NCBI GenBank assembly: GCA_009602735.1
Contig: WELA01003458.1
Span: 1-53,345, forward strand
Source of the DNA: Mesotaenium endlicherianum
Lineage: Eukaryota
Length of the DNA stretch: 53,345 bases
Reading direction: 5' to 3'
Part shown: piece by piece, positions 26,008-39,445 of the stretch
Position numbering within the stretch: position 1 is the first letter of the stretch
Layout of the letters: every line of letters starts with the position of its first letter
The notes under the pieces: model-generated
What the model was told of the DNA's origin: nothing
Database searches by the model: none
Seen by the model: the letters and a program-made list of their open reading frames with translations, nothing else
Program-made: the position numbers and the translations under genes

Positions 26008-27303
26008 TTATTGCAAGGCACCAAAGTCGATCATTGGCTTCTCTTTACCCGGTGCATGCGCGAACACAGATCGCAACACCGTATTGTTACTGAAAAATCC
26101 GCCGTTACGCAGGAAGAAAGCGCCATTTTCTTCTCCACCGCTATAATCTATGCGATACCCTTTTTGCGCGGTGGCATCGCCGGTGAACACCATTTTGGTA
26201 AGCGGTAACCAATCACTGCTCTTGGGTTTTACCCATTGATTTTGGTAAAAAGCTTTACGTGTAACATTCCCCATAGAGGGATCGAAATTTTCCAGGAAAG
26301 AATGCAAACGCGTTAAATAAGTATGGGTATGCGGACGGCTGAAACTGGCAATCAATAACCACTTATGCTCTTCCGGTGCATAGAAATAAGCGGTATAGTT
26401 GGTATACTCATTGGCAACCGGCTCTGCATGCAACAGGAAACGATAAGTCTCACCGGCTTGCCAATTGTATTTCAGGTAACTCTGTCCCCCAGCGCCTTCG
26501 TTGCCAAATTCTCCTGCGTGTACCTGTTCTCCTTTTTTCAATAACCTGATCTTTTGATCTTCGGGTATGGACCTGGGGTCATCGGTTTTGAACGGACTCC
26601 ACACAGAAAACAATACACGCCTTTCTGTTGTTGAATTTACCTGTATCCCAAAATAGCCTTCGGCAAATCCATCAGCCATAAAATAAGAACCAACAGGATC
26701 GCTTCCTATGGGCACTTTTATTTCATTATAGAACCATTCTATTTCGTTGCCGGTTCCGGAGAGATCATAATTGATATGCACCGAAGGGCCTCTTCTTCCC
26801 CAATAAAAATAATTGCCCTGGTTGTCTTTTACATACTTTGCTTCGGCATCAACCGATGTGCCACTCAGGTGCAACTCGCTGATCGTTGCAAATTCAGTTC
26901 CTGTTTTTTTAAGTCCCGCTATGTCTATTTTAACATAGCCTGCGGGAACAGTCCATTCGCCGAACTCGTATTCTTTTGGGGCAGCATCACTTACCCTGAC
27001 TTTTTTTGCAACACCATTAATAGTGCACTGTAGTTCCGATTGTCCTTTCTCTACTACAACAGGAGCTGTTATTTTCAATGTTCCCGGCTTAGCCAGTTTC
27101 ACATAAGTGCTGAACACGGCTTTTGCATTCCGCCATTCTTTCCATCCTTCATTGGTTACTTTTTCCGATGCACTTCCCGCACGCACAGTAACCCATGAAT
27201 TACCACCCACAGGAACTGTAAGCGTTGTATCGCCGGTTGCCCGGAAAGCGGATACCCCTGCCACACACATAACAACAATGATCGACCAATATCGCTTTCT
27301 CAT
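26008..27303 (-). CDS. DUF5077/DUF3472 secreted protein
   Basis: YWGRRGPSVH, GYFGIQVNS.TERRVLFSVWSP, FGNEG.GGQS, HSFLENF. Confidence 0.88.
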   Translation of the reverse strand: MRKRYWSIIVVMCVAGVSAFRATGDTTLTVPVGGNSWVTVRAGSASEKVTNEGWKEWRNAKAVFSTYVKLAKPGTLKITAPVVVEKGQSELQCTINGVAKKVRVSDAAPKEYEFGEWTVPAGYVKIDIAGLKKTGTEFATISELHLSGTSVDAEAKYVKDNQGNYFYWGRRGPSVHINYDLSGTGNEIEWFYNEIKVPIGSDPVGSYFMADGFAEGYFGIQVNSTTERRVLFSVWSPFKTDDPRSIPEDQKIRLLKKGEQVHAGEFGNEGAGGQSYLKYNWQAGETYRFLLHAEPVANEYTNYTAYFYAPEEHKWLLIASFSRPHTHTYLTRLHSFLENFDPSMGNVTRKAFYQNQWVKPKSSDWLPLTKMVFTGDATAQKGYRIDYSGGEENGAFFLRNGGFFSNNTVLRSVFAHAPGKEKPMIDFGALQ

Positions 27304-27320
27304 TTTTTGATTTTTAAATT

Positions 27321-30497
<3,177 letters not shown>

Positions 30498-31619
30498 CTA
30501 TTTTGATGCCACACAACGGAAGCCTGTATGCTCCAGTCCCGTATCGGTAGAAGTTTTCATTCGCGATGTTACCCTGTACCCTTTACAATAAGAAGCGTTG
30601 CACATGAACGATCCGCCGCGCACCACTTTCTTGGGAACAGTAGGTTCCATAGGATCATAGCTGGACGAAGGGCCTGTTGGATTAGCCGTTACTGTATTTT
30701 TCAATGATTGATAATAATCAGGACGATACCAGTCTGCCGTCCACTCCCAAACATTACCGGCCATATCGTACAAGCCATACCCGTTGGGAGCGAAAGACCG
30801 CACAGGCGCCAGCCTGTCGAAATGATCCCAATCGGTATTCTTCACAGGAAAAACACCCTGCCAGGTATTGGCTTTGGGTTTACCCGATTCAATGGCTTCA
30901 TTGCCCCAGGGATATTTGGCATTGGCCAGTCCGCCCCTCGCTGCATATTCCCATTCCGCTTCGGTGGGCAAACGTTTACCGGCCCATTTGCAATAGGCTA
31001 CGGCATCATCCCAGGAAATATGTACCACCGGGTAATGGTCCTTGCCATTGATATTGCTGTTGGAGCCTTCAGGATGTTTCCAGTTAGCGCCTTTTATCCA
31101 GCTCCACCATTGCGATACATCTGTTAAAGGAACGGGATGATCCGGCTGTGTAAACACAAGTGAGGCAGCTACCAATTGGCTTTCATCGGGCTTTGGTGTA
31201 CCAGGAGGTAATTGTTTTTTCATCTCTTCCCAGTCCGGCGCTTTTTCTGCTGTGGTGATATAACCGGTTGCTTTCACGAATTGTTTAAAATCGGCATTGG
31301 TCACTTCATTCGCATCCATCCAGAAACCATCGAGCTTAACCTGGTGCTGCGGGTATTCATCGGGTCTTCCTTCATCATCCGATGCGCCCATGGCGAATGC
31401 GCCTCCGGCAATCCACACCATGCCTTCATGCGAAATTTTTCCTTCGGCAATAGTGATGCTGTCTGTCTTCTTTACTGCAAAACGTTGCGGCAGATTTTTT
31501 TCGCAGGAAAGCATGCTGTCTTTTTTACCTGCGTTCGCTGCCTGCTCTTGTTGATGGTTCTTACAGGAGCCAACCAACAGCGTTGCAATAAAGAAATATG
31601 TTTTGAACTGATATTTCAT
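30498..31619 (-). CDS. Formylglycine-generating enzyme (lipoprotein)
   Basis: RLPTEAEWEYAARGG, GLYDMAGNVWEW, RGGSFMCNASYCKGYR with both Cys, GFRC; LVGSC lipobox. Confidence 0.93.
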   Translation of the reverse strand: MKYQFKTYFFIATLLVGSCKNHQQEQAANAGKKDSMLSCEKNLPQRFAVKKTDSITIAEGKISHEGMVWIAGGAFAMGASDDEGRPDEYPQHQVKLDGFWMDANEVTNADFKQFVKATGYITTAEKAPDWEEMKKQLPPGTPKPDESQLVAASLVFTQPDHPVPLTDVSQWWSWIKGANWKHPEGSNSNINGKDHYPVVHISWDDAVAYCKWAGKRLPTEAEWEYAARGGLANAKYPWGNEAIESGKPKANTWQGVFPVKNTDWDHFDRLAPVRSFAPNGYGLYDMAGNVWEWTADWYRPDYYQSLKNTVTANPTGPSSSYDPMEPTVPKKVVRGGSFMCNASYCKGYRVTSRMKTSTDTGLEHTGFRCVASK

Positions 31620-33160
31620 TAGTCCTTAACCTCCTGCTCAAAAATTTTCATCGCTTCATCATCATGGTATTGGTTGATCAGATCCTTTAGTTGTTGTTTT
31701 AATGAAGCAACCAGCTGGCTGTTCTTCTTTTCTGTATAAAGGTTCTTCATTTCGGCAGGGTCTTTCTTCAGATCATAGAGCTCCCATGCATCTGCAGGCC
31801 CGTAAAAACGGATCAGTTTATACTGAAGGGTGCGGATACCAAAATGAGGCGATACACGATGCGGCTCGGGATATTCATAATAATGATAGTAAGCTGCTTT
31901 GCGCCAGTCTTTCGAATTGCCGGTTTGCAACAAGGGCAGGAAAGAATTTCCTTGTATAGAAGCAGGTGCTGTTACCCCGGCAATATTCAATATGGTAGGT
32001 GCGAAGTCGATGTTCACGATCATATCATTCACCGAGGTTCCCGGTTTGATAACACCGGGATAACGCATCACCAACGGTGTTTTCATAGACTCTTCATACA
32101 TAAACCGTTTATCAAACCAACCATGTTCTCCCAGGTAAAAACCCTGGTCAGAAGCATAGATCACCACCGTGTTTTGTGTGAGTCCGTTCTTATCGAGGTA
32201 GTCCAGTATTTTACCAATGTTGCGATCCAGCGACCGGGCGGTGGACAGGTAATCTCTCATGTAATGCTGGTACTTCCATTCTACAAGTGCTTTTCCTTTG
32301 TACTGGCGTTCGTCAAAATCCTTGCTCACTTTATCGTAATAAGCTTTGAAAGCATTTCTTTGTTCCGGTGTCATGCGGCCATACATGCCTCTTTCGCCAT
32401 AGTTGGCATGCACTTTCAGATCGTAATCGAGCAGCATGGTTTTATCAACCGTCATGTCCTGGTTCTTTGCTGCAAGACGGCCTTTGTAATCATCGTAAAA
32501 GTTAGCCGGCAATGGGAATTGTTTATCATCAAAAGCGCCCAGGTCTTGTATATCCGGTAACCAACTCCGGTGCGTAGCTTTTTCTCCTATCACCATACAA
32601 AAAGGTTTGGATGTATCCCTGTGATCGAGCCAATCGAAACTCAGCTGGGTGATCACATCGGTGATATAACCTTTGAGGCGAACGGTATCGTTTTGCTGAC
32701 CAATAAAATCAGGATTGTAATACTGTCCCTGGTCGGGCAATACACGCCAGTAATCAAATGCATTACCCGGCAATGTTTGCAAATGCCACTTGCCGATCCA
32801 GCTGGTCTGGTAATTTTTTTGCTTGAGCAGGCGTGAAAACACTTCCTGCCGTATATCGAACGGGTTGGAAATATTATTCACTTTCAATCCGTTGATATGA
32901 CTGTATTTGCCGGTAAGCAACGTAGCCCTGCTCGGCGCACAGAGCGAGTTGGTAACACAGGCATTCTGAAAAATGGCGCCTTCCCTGGCGATGCGATCGA
33001 TATTGGGCGTTTGCATCAACTTACTTCCATACGCACTGATGGCCTGGTAAGCATGGTCATCGGAGAAGATGATGAGTATGTTGGGCGCTTTTTTATTTTG
33101 CTGCGCCATCAATGTGAAGCAGCATAACAAGCTGCTCAATACCATTACTGATCTGATCAT
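31619..33160 (-). CDS. Cys-type S1 sulfatase (GlcNAc-6-sulfatase-like)
   Basis: SDDH, CAPSRATLLTGKYSH, GKWHL, SDQGFYLGEHGWFDKR. Confidence 0.93.
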   Translation of the reverse strand: MIRSVMVLSSLLCCFTLMAQQNKKAPNILIIFSDDHAYQAISAYGSKLMQTPNIDRIAREGAIFQNACVTNSLCAPSRATLLTGKYSHINGLKVNNISNPFDIRQEVFSRLLKQKNYQTSWIGKWHLQTLPGNAFDYWRVLPDQGQYYNPDFIGQQNDTVRLKGYITDVITQLSFDWLDHRDTSKPFCMVIGEKATHRSWLPDIQDLGAFDDKQFPLPANFYDDYKGRLAAKNQDMTVDKTMLLDYDLKVHANYGERGMYGRMTPEQRNAFKAYYDKVSKDFDERQYKGKALVEWKYQHYMRDYLSTARSLDRNIGKILDYLDKNGLTQNTVVIYASDQGFYLGEHGWFDKRFMYEESMKTPLVMRYPGVIKPGTSVNDMIVNIDFAPTILNIAGVTAPASIQGNSFLPLLQTGNSKDWRKAAYYHYYEYPEPHRVSPHFGIRTLQYKLIRFYGPADAWELYDLKKDPAEMKNLYTEKKNSQLVASLKQQLKDLINQYHDDEAMKIFEQEVKD

Positions 33161-35534
33161 AAACTAATTTTTTAGACTGACCTTTTATTGTTGGGAAGCT
33201 GATTAATTTTTGATTCACCATAATCTTACATTCACCACCGGCATGCGAGACTATTTTACAACCGGTTACTTTGCCTTCTTTCCATTCCATGTCTACTACA
33301 AATCCGCCCCTTGCACAAAGACCTTTTACAGAACCGCTGCCACTCCATGCAGCAGGCAGGGCAGGCAACAGCTGTATATAATGTTCCTGCGACTGGATAA
33401 GCATTTCTGCAATACCAGCCGTTCCCCCAAAATTACCATCGATCTGGAAAGGCGGATGGCCGCAGAATAAATTCGCATAAGTACCGCCGCCGCCAGACAT
33501 TACAATGCCCATACGTGTTACCGGCTTGAGCAACTGGTTCAATAAGACCAGTGCATGATCACCATCACCCAGTCTTGCCCAGAAATTGATCTTCCAGGCT
33601 TTGGACCATCCCGTACCCCCATCGCCCCTGTCGGCCAGGGTTTTCCTCGCAGCTTTTGCAAGTTCAGGTGTTCGTACAATGCTGATCTCATCATAAGGGT
33701 GCAGGCCATACAGGTGAGATACATGCCTGTGCTGGGGTTCCGCATCTTTCCAGTCATCAAGCCACTCATTCAGATCGCCCGCTGCACCTACCTGGTCAGG
33801 AGCGAGTTGTGGAAGCAATTGTTGCAACTCTTTACTCCAATCGCTGTTGGTATTCAGAATAGCCGACGCATGAATACAGGCATTGAATAATTCGCGGCAT
33901 ATCTGCATATCGATGGCAGGTCCCATGGCAGTCTGGCCATGAAAACCATCGGGCGTGATATAAGTATTCTCGGGAGAATTGGAAGGCGCTGTAACCAGCC
34001 AGCCATGTTTGGGTTCGCGTATCAATACGGATTGCAGGAATTGCGCAGCGCCTTTGAGTACGGGAAAATACGTTCTCAAAAAAGCAGTGTCTTTGGTAAA
34101 ACGGTAATGTTCCCAGATATGCTCGCAAAGCCAGGCGCCCCCTGTAAGCGTAGAGCCCCATCCAGCACCTTCGCCCGGAGAAGTATAATGCCATGGATTA
34201 CTGATCACATGCGCTACCCATCCCTTTGCATTGTAATAAGCCTTCGCCGTTTTCTCACCAGGTATCACCAGGTCTTTGGTAAAACGGTGCAATGGTTCTG
34301 CCAGGCTGCTGAGATTGGTAGTCTCTGCGAGCCAATAATTCATTTGGATGTTGATGTTCAAATGATAATCGCCATTCCAGGGTGTTTGGTATTCTGTAGC
34401 CCACAATCCCTGCAGGTTCGCGGGCAGCAGGCCCGGGCGGGATGACGAGATCAGCAAGTACCTTCCGAAATTAAAATACAACACCGGTAATTCTAAGTCT
34501 TGTTCGCCTTTATTATAACGGATCAGCCGCTGGATAGTAGTCAGCCCCGATACCGCATCGTTAGCAGGCATCTGCCAACGGCATCGGTTGAAATATTTTT
34601 GATAGGCAGCAGCGCTTTTGCTTTCCGCAACAGCATATTGCATGGTCTTTGTTGCCGATAAATAATCTAAGCATTGTGCAAGTGGATCCGGTGCGGTGAG
34701 TTGGGAAGTCTTCCAGTTAAAATTCGTGGCCGCTGCTATTTTGATCCAGCATGCTGAAGCGCCTTCTATGTGCAATGCATTTTCTTCTGCCGTTATTTTA
34801 CCATCCTTAATAACAGGTTGTACTACCGATGCAAAGCGCATGCCCTTCTCTTTACCCGATGGCAATTCTCCCTGCATGATCAGCTGATTTGCATTCGCTG
34901 TTACTGTTGCGTGTTCTTTCCGGTAAAGTGATAACCTGGCATTGATGCCGGCTTTGCCGGAACTGCTCAACTTGATCCAAATGATATCATTCACAAAATC
35001 TGCAAATAATTCTTCTTTTATTTGCTGCCCATTACGCTTGAAACGGGTAATTGCTTTGGCATTTTCAAGATCCAATTGCCTTGTATATTCAGTAACAGGC
35101 ATTGCACTGTCTTTCCATTCAATAAAAAGATCGCCGAGTGCCTGGTAACATCCATACTTCACATTGGCTCCACTTCCAAAACCCGAGCCTTCTCCTTTCG
35201 CAATAAAATGTTTTTGCAGCAAGGCCTGTGCTTCCCTGTTTTTTCCGGCAAGCAGCAAATCTTGTATGGGTTTCAGGTATTGATAGGCTTCCCGGCTGTC
35301 TGCATCCTGCTCTCCGCCAGACCATAAAGAGATCTCATTGAGCGCGATCCTTTCTTTACCAGTACTGCCATACATCATAGCGCCCATTCTGCCATTACCC
35401 AATGGGAGGCTTTCTGTAAAAACTTTAGCAGCCGTATCAAATACAACCGTAATAGCTGCCCGTTGTGCATGCAATGCTCCTGTCAGCAGCAGCAGGGTGG
35501 TGGTAGCAATTGTTCTTACTGCAAAATGCATCAT
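33093..35534 (-). CDS. GH95 alpha-L-fucosidase/galactosidase
   Basis: LPLGNGRMGAM, FGRYLLISSSR, YHLNINIQMNYW, HRHVSHLYG, PPFQIDGNFG. Confidence 0.95.
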   Translation of the reverse strand: MMHFAVRTIATTTLLLLTGALHAQRAAITVVFDTAAKVFTESLPLGNGRMGAMMYGSTGKERIALNEISLWSGGEQDADSREAYQYLKPIQDLLLAGKNREAQALLQKHFIAKGEGSGFGSGANVKYGCYQALGDLFIEWKDSAMPVTEYTRQLDLENAKAITRFKRNGQQIKEELFADFVNDIIWIKLSSSGKAGINARLSLYRKEHATVTANANQLIMQGELPSGKEKGMRFASVVQPVIKDGKITAEENALHIEGASACWIKIAAATNFNWKTSQLTAPDPLAQCLDYLSATKTMQYAVAESKSAAAYQKYFNRCRWQMPANDAVSGLTTIQRLIRYNKGEQDLELPVLYFNFGRYLLISSSRPGLLPANLQGLWATEYQTPWNGDYHLNINIQMNYWLAETTNLSSLAEPLHRFTKDLVIPGEKTAKAYYNAKGWVAHVISNPWHYTSPGEGAGWGSTLTGGAWLCEHIWEHYRFTKDTAFLRTYFPVLKGAAQFLQSVLIREPKHGWLVTAPSNSPENTYITPDGFHGQTAMGPAIDMQICRELFNACIHASAILNTNSDWSKELQQLLPQLAPDQVGAAGDLNEWLDDWKDAEPQHRHVSHLYGLHPYDEISIVRTPELAKAARKTLADRGDGGTGWSKAWKINFWARLGDGDHALVLLNQLLKPVTRMGIVMSGGGGTYANLFCGHPPFQIDGNFGGTAGIAEMLIQSQEHYIQLLPALPAAWSGSGSVKGLCARGGFVVDMEWKEGKVTGCKIVSHAGGECKIMVNQKLISFPTIKGQSKKLVYDQISNGIEQLVMLLHIDGAAK

Positions 35535-35545
35535 CCGATGTTTTA

Positions 35546-37069
35546 TTAGTTATCAGCTTTTACTTTATCCAATAAAGCGGCCAATTCTTTTACGATCTCC
35601 GGGTGCTGTTCTGCTACATTGTACTGTTCACGAATATCTGTTTGCATATTGTACAATTGCGGCTTGGGTAAATTGCCCAATTCTATATTCACCGCTTTGT
35701 CGTAAGCCGCCCCGTTATTGGGTACAATGTATTTCCATTGTCCTTTGGTAACGGATAAACCGCGCGCATCTTCTACGAGGAATGCCCTGTCTTCATCACG
35801 CTTACCCAATAAAACACGCAGCCGCTCAAAACTATCGGGACCATCGCCATTATTCAATGCGTAGCCGGCCAGCTTTGCCAATGAAGCATAAAGGTCAACC
35901 TGACTGAACAATGCATTCGTTGTTTTACCTGCTTTCACCTGCCCGGGCCATTTCACGATCAATGGCACCCTTGTGCCTGCTTCAAATATGCTGTATTTGC
36001 CTCCGCGCAATGCACCGCCGGGGTGATGATCGCCCAAATGCTCTACCGACCCATCAAGATAACCATCATTCACCACCGGTCCGTTATCACTGCTGAAAAT
36101 GATCAGGGTATTGTTGGTCAGGTGCAGACTGTCCAGTGCATGCACAATTTGTCCAACCGTATAATCCAATTGCAAAATCGCATCTCCCCGCAATCCCATA
36201 CCACTCTTACCCCTGAACATACTGTGCGGATAACGCGGCACATGAATATCGCCTGTTGCAAAATAAAGAAAGAAAGGCTGTTGTTTGTTTTTGCCGATGA
36301 ACTGTATCGCTTTTTGTGTGATCGTTCCGGCGATGTCTTCATCTTTCCAGCGTGCACTGTGACCGCCGCTCATCCATCCAATCCTGCTGATGCTGTCGAT
36401 GATGGTCTGGTTATGCCCTTGCTGTGGATCGGGCTTAATACGAAGCATTTCGGGATTTTCCTTACCAGTAGGGTCGTTGCCGATTTTGTGTTGGTAATTC
36501 ACTGCTATCGGATCGCCCGGGTCGAGGTTCACCACGCGATGGTTCTCTACATATACGCAGGGTACCCTGTCGAGTGTGGCGGGCATGATGAATGAATAAG
36601 TAAAGCCTACTTCATTGGGGCCTGGTTTGATATCACCATTCCAATCGATCGTACCATTGGTACCGAGACCCAGGTGCCATTTGCCAATGGCCGCCGTTTG
36701 ATAGCCTGCCTGCTGCAAAGTCAGCGGCATGGTTCCTTTATTCATGGGAATAATCAGCGAGGCATCGCCGGGAGCCACGCCGGTTCCTTTTTGCCGCCAG
36801 GGATATTTACCGGTAAGGATGCCGTAGCGTGAAGGCGTGCAGGTAGCCGAAGTGCTATGGGCATTGCTAAACCTCAATCCTTCTACGGCGAGACGATCAA
36901 TATTAGGTGTATGGATGCGCGTCATGCCGTAACAACTCAGGTCGCCATAACCTACGTCATCGGCATATATGATGATAATATTGGACTTTTGTTGTGCAGA
37001 TACGGCACAGGCAAAAAAAAGAGCAACAAACAGCACTAACTGTTTACTGGCAGTAAACCTGGTGGTCAT
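35546..37069 (-). CDS. Cys-type S1 arylsulfatase-family sulfatase
   Basis: ADDVGYGD, CTPSRYGILTG, GKWHLG, SSDNG, RGGKYS.FEAGTRVP. Confidence 0.93.
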   Translation of the reverse strand: MTTRFTASKQLVLFVALFFACAVSAQQKSNIIIIYADDVGYGDLSCYGMTRIHTPNIDRLAVEGLRFSNAHSTSATCTPSRYGILTGKYPWRQKGTGVAPGDASLIIPMNKGTMPLTLQQAGYQTAAIGKWHLGLGTNGTIDWNGDIKPGPNEVGFTYSFIMPATLDRVPCVYVENHRVVNLDPGDPIAVNYQHKIGNDPTGKENPEMLRIKPDPQQGHNQTIIDSISRIGWMSGGHSARWKDEDIAGTITQKAIQFIGKNKQQPFFLYFATGDIHVPRYPHSMFRGKSGMGLRGDAILQLDYTVGQIVHALDSLHLTNNTLIIFSSDNGPVVNDGYLDGSVEHLGDHHPGGALRGGKYSIFEAGTRVPLIVKWPGQVKAGKTTNALFSQVDLYASLAKLAGYALNNGDGPDSFERLRVLLGKRDEDRAFLVEDARGLSVTKGQWKYIVPNNGAAYDKAVNIELGNLPKPQLYNMQTDIREQYNVAEQHPEIVKELAALLDKVKADN

Positions 37070-37131
37070 GATATTGCGGTTGGACTTTGATACTACCTGC
37101 TAATATAGCGAATTGACCTCCCGTCTGTGAT

Positions 37132-37145
37132 TGCAAACGATTGCG
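37132..37145. promoter_or_regulatory. Putative LacI-family operator of the glycan operon
   Basis: tGCAAACGATTGCg with central CG, located upstream of a TATATTAG -7-like box (-, 37107-37100). Confidence 0.55.
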
Positions 37146-37150
37146 CCAAT

Positions 37151-38233
37151 TTAAAGGTACTTCTCGCCTTTGTTGCGCTTTACTTCAGCCACATATTCTT
37201 TGATGGCCTGTTCTTTTTCTTTTTTACACACCAACAATACATCTTTGGTATCCACTACAATGAAATCGTCGAGCCCCTGTAATACCATCAGCTTATCATG
37301 CGATGCCGAGATCATGCATTTGGTAGCGTCGATCACAATTACATTGTCTCCTGCCACAGCATTACCCAGGTAATCTTTTTCCAGGTTGTCATAAGCGCTG
37401 TTCCATGTGCCCAGGTCGCTCCAGCCGAAAGAAGAAGGGATCACATATACATTATCTGCCTTTTCCATGATGGCCACATCGATGGAAATGTTCGTACACA
37501 AAGGATAGATTCCGTCCATCGCCGCTTTCTCGCGAGCGGTATTGTAGTCAGCCTTCACCCCATCGAAGAGTTCATACATCTCAGGCTGGTACATTTCAAA
37601 AGCTTTCACCACATTTTTTACCCGCCACGCAAAGATGCCGGCATTCCATAAAAAATCTCCGCTGGCCAAAAAGGTTTTCGCCAGTTCGAGATTGGGTTTT
37701 TCGGTGAAGGTTTTTACTTTATAAATGCCATCGGCAACCGGCAACGCATCATGCTGGATATAACCATACCCTGTGTTAGGATAAGTAGGATTGATGCCCA
37801 GCGTAACCAATGATTTGATATGACCCACAAAGTGGAGCGCCTGCAGGGTAATCTCTTTGAAACGTTCATTGTCCAGTATGAGGTGATCGCTCGGCGCCAC
37901 GATCAAAGAAGCTTCCGGATCTTTCTGTAATAATTTGAAAGAAATATAAGCAATACAGGGTGCTGTATTTTTTCTGCTCGGCTCCGCAAGGATATTCTCT
38001 ACCGGCAGCGCTGGCAATTGCTTTTTTACAATGGATGTATATTCATCGGAAGTAACAATGAAAATATTCTCTTTCGGAATAAAAGTGGCATAGCGCTCAT
38101 AAGTCCATTGGATGAGGGTCTTGCCGGTATTTAAAATATCGAGGAATTGCTTGGGATAACTGGTTCTGCTCTTAGGCCAGAAGCGACTGCCGATACCACC
38201 CGCCATGATCGCTACATAATGACTTTTATTCAT
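37151..38233 (-). CDS. manC: Mannose-1-phosphate guanylyltransferase
   Basis: IMAGGIGSRFWP.SR..PKQF, EP..KNTAP, FTEKP, WNAGIF, WSDLGTW. Confidence 0.95.
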   Translation of the reverse strand: MNKSHYVAIMAGGIGSRFWPKSRTSYPKQFLDILNTGKTLIQWTYERYATFIPKENIFIVTSDEYTSIVKKQLPALPVENILAEPSRKNTAPCIAYISFKLLQKDPEASLIVAPSDHLILDNERFKEITLQALHFVGHIKSLVTLGINPTYPNTGYGYIQHDALPVADGIYKVKTFTEKPNLELAKTFLASGDFLWNAGIFAWRVKNVVKAFEMYQPEMYELFDGVKADYNTAREKAAMDGIYPLCTNISIDVAIMEKADNVYVIPSSFGWSDLGTWNSAYDNLEKDYLGNAVAGDNVIVIDATKCMISASHDKLMVLQGLDDFIVVDTKDVLLVCKKEKEQAIKEYVAEVKRNKGEKYL

Positions 38234-38286
38234 CTCAATCCTATATTAGAAGTTGCAATATTAAAGGAATGCAACGAGTTCTTTGG

Positions 38287-39249
38287 TTAAATAATGCCTT
38301 CTTTTACCAGGTCATGTATGTGCAATATACCCAGGTATTTTTCGTCCTCGGCCACGATCAACTGACTGATATCGTATTTCCGCAATACGTCCAGCGTATC
38401 CACTGCCAGCATATCGGGTGGTATGGTTTTGGGATGAACGGATAAAATATCAGCCGCTTTTATATCCTGTATGTTGTTGCTCTTTTCCAGCATACGCCGC
38501 AGGTCTCCATCAGTAATAATACCCACTACCCGGTTCTGTTCGTCGGTTACTGCAGTTACGCCCAACCTTTTTTCGGTGATCTCCACAATCACTTCCTTCA
38601 ATGTGGCAGTGGGTAACACATGTGGTCGTTCATTATGTGTATAGAGATCCGCCGCCCGCAAATACATCCGTTTGCCCAGGTTGCCACCTGGATGGTATTT
38701 AGCAAAATCCTTGCCGCTGAAACCATTCAGTTCCATCAAACACACCGCCAGCACATCGCCCATGACCATCTGTGCCGTAGTGCTGCTGGTGGGGGCCAGG
38801 TTATTAGGACAAGCCTCTTTACTTACAGTTGTATTCAGCACCAGGTCGCTCTGGGTAGCCAGGAAACTGTCGGTATTCCCCACCATACCGATCAATGCGT
38901 TGCCGAAATTCTTAATAAGCGGCACCAGCACTTTTATCTCCGGACTTTCTCCGCTCTTACTGATGATCATCACTACATCATCGCGCTGCACCATGCCCAG
39001 GTCGCCATGGATGGCATCTGCCGCATGCATAAAGAGAGAAGGAGTGCCCGTTGAATTGAGGGTGGCCACGATCTTCTGGGCTACAATGGCGCTTTTGCCA
39101 ATACCACTGATTACCAATCGTCCTTTAGACCCATGAACAACCTTTACGGCCTGCTCAAAAGAAGGGTCTATGAAAGCAGCGAGTCCTGCAATCGATTGAG
39201 CTTCTAACTCAATGGTATTCAGCGCTGTTTGATAAATCGATGTATGCAT
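38287..39249 (-). CDS. kpsF: KpsF/GutQ arabinose-5-phosphate isomerase (SIS plus CBS)
   Basis: GIGKS, AIHGDLG, EACPNNLAPTSST, HPGG.LG, ITDGDLRR. Start 39249 follows TACCTTTG at 39263-39256. Confidence 0.93.
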   Translation of the reverse strand: MHTSIYQTALNTIELEAQSIAGLAAFIDPSFEQAVKVVHGSKGRLVISGIGKSAIVAQKIVATLNSTGTPSLFMHAADAIHGDLGMVQRDDVVMIISKSGESPEIKVLVPLIKNFGNALIGMVGNTDSFLATQSDLVLNTTVSKEACPNNLAPTSSTTAQMVMGDVLAVCLMELNGFSGKDFAKYHPGGNLGKRMYLRAADLYTHNERPHVLPTATLKEVIVEITEKRLGVTAVTDEQNRVVGIITDGDLRRMLEKSNNIQDIKAADILSVHPKTIPPDMLAVDTLDVLRKYDISQLIVAEDEKYLGILHIHDLVKEGII

Positions 39250-39445
39250 GCCGTGCAAAGGTAAACTTTAACAGCAAAGAGTGGATAATCCCCCTATACT
39301 TCGTTAACTTCGCGGTCCTTTTTAACGTTCCCTAACCGGATATATCCCGCCTGGCGGAAAGTTTGCATAAAAATTCCGGTAAAATGAGCTAACTTATCTA
39401 TTTGTAAGATGTGCCGTTCCATCGGTACCAAAATTGTTTGTATAA

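Noticed and set aside
33093..33160. 68-nt overlap of GH95 with the sulfatase as a recoding signal
   Set aside because: The GH95 domain is complete before the overlap; a simple stop-codon drift explains it.
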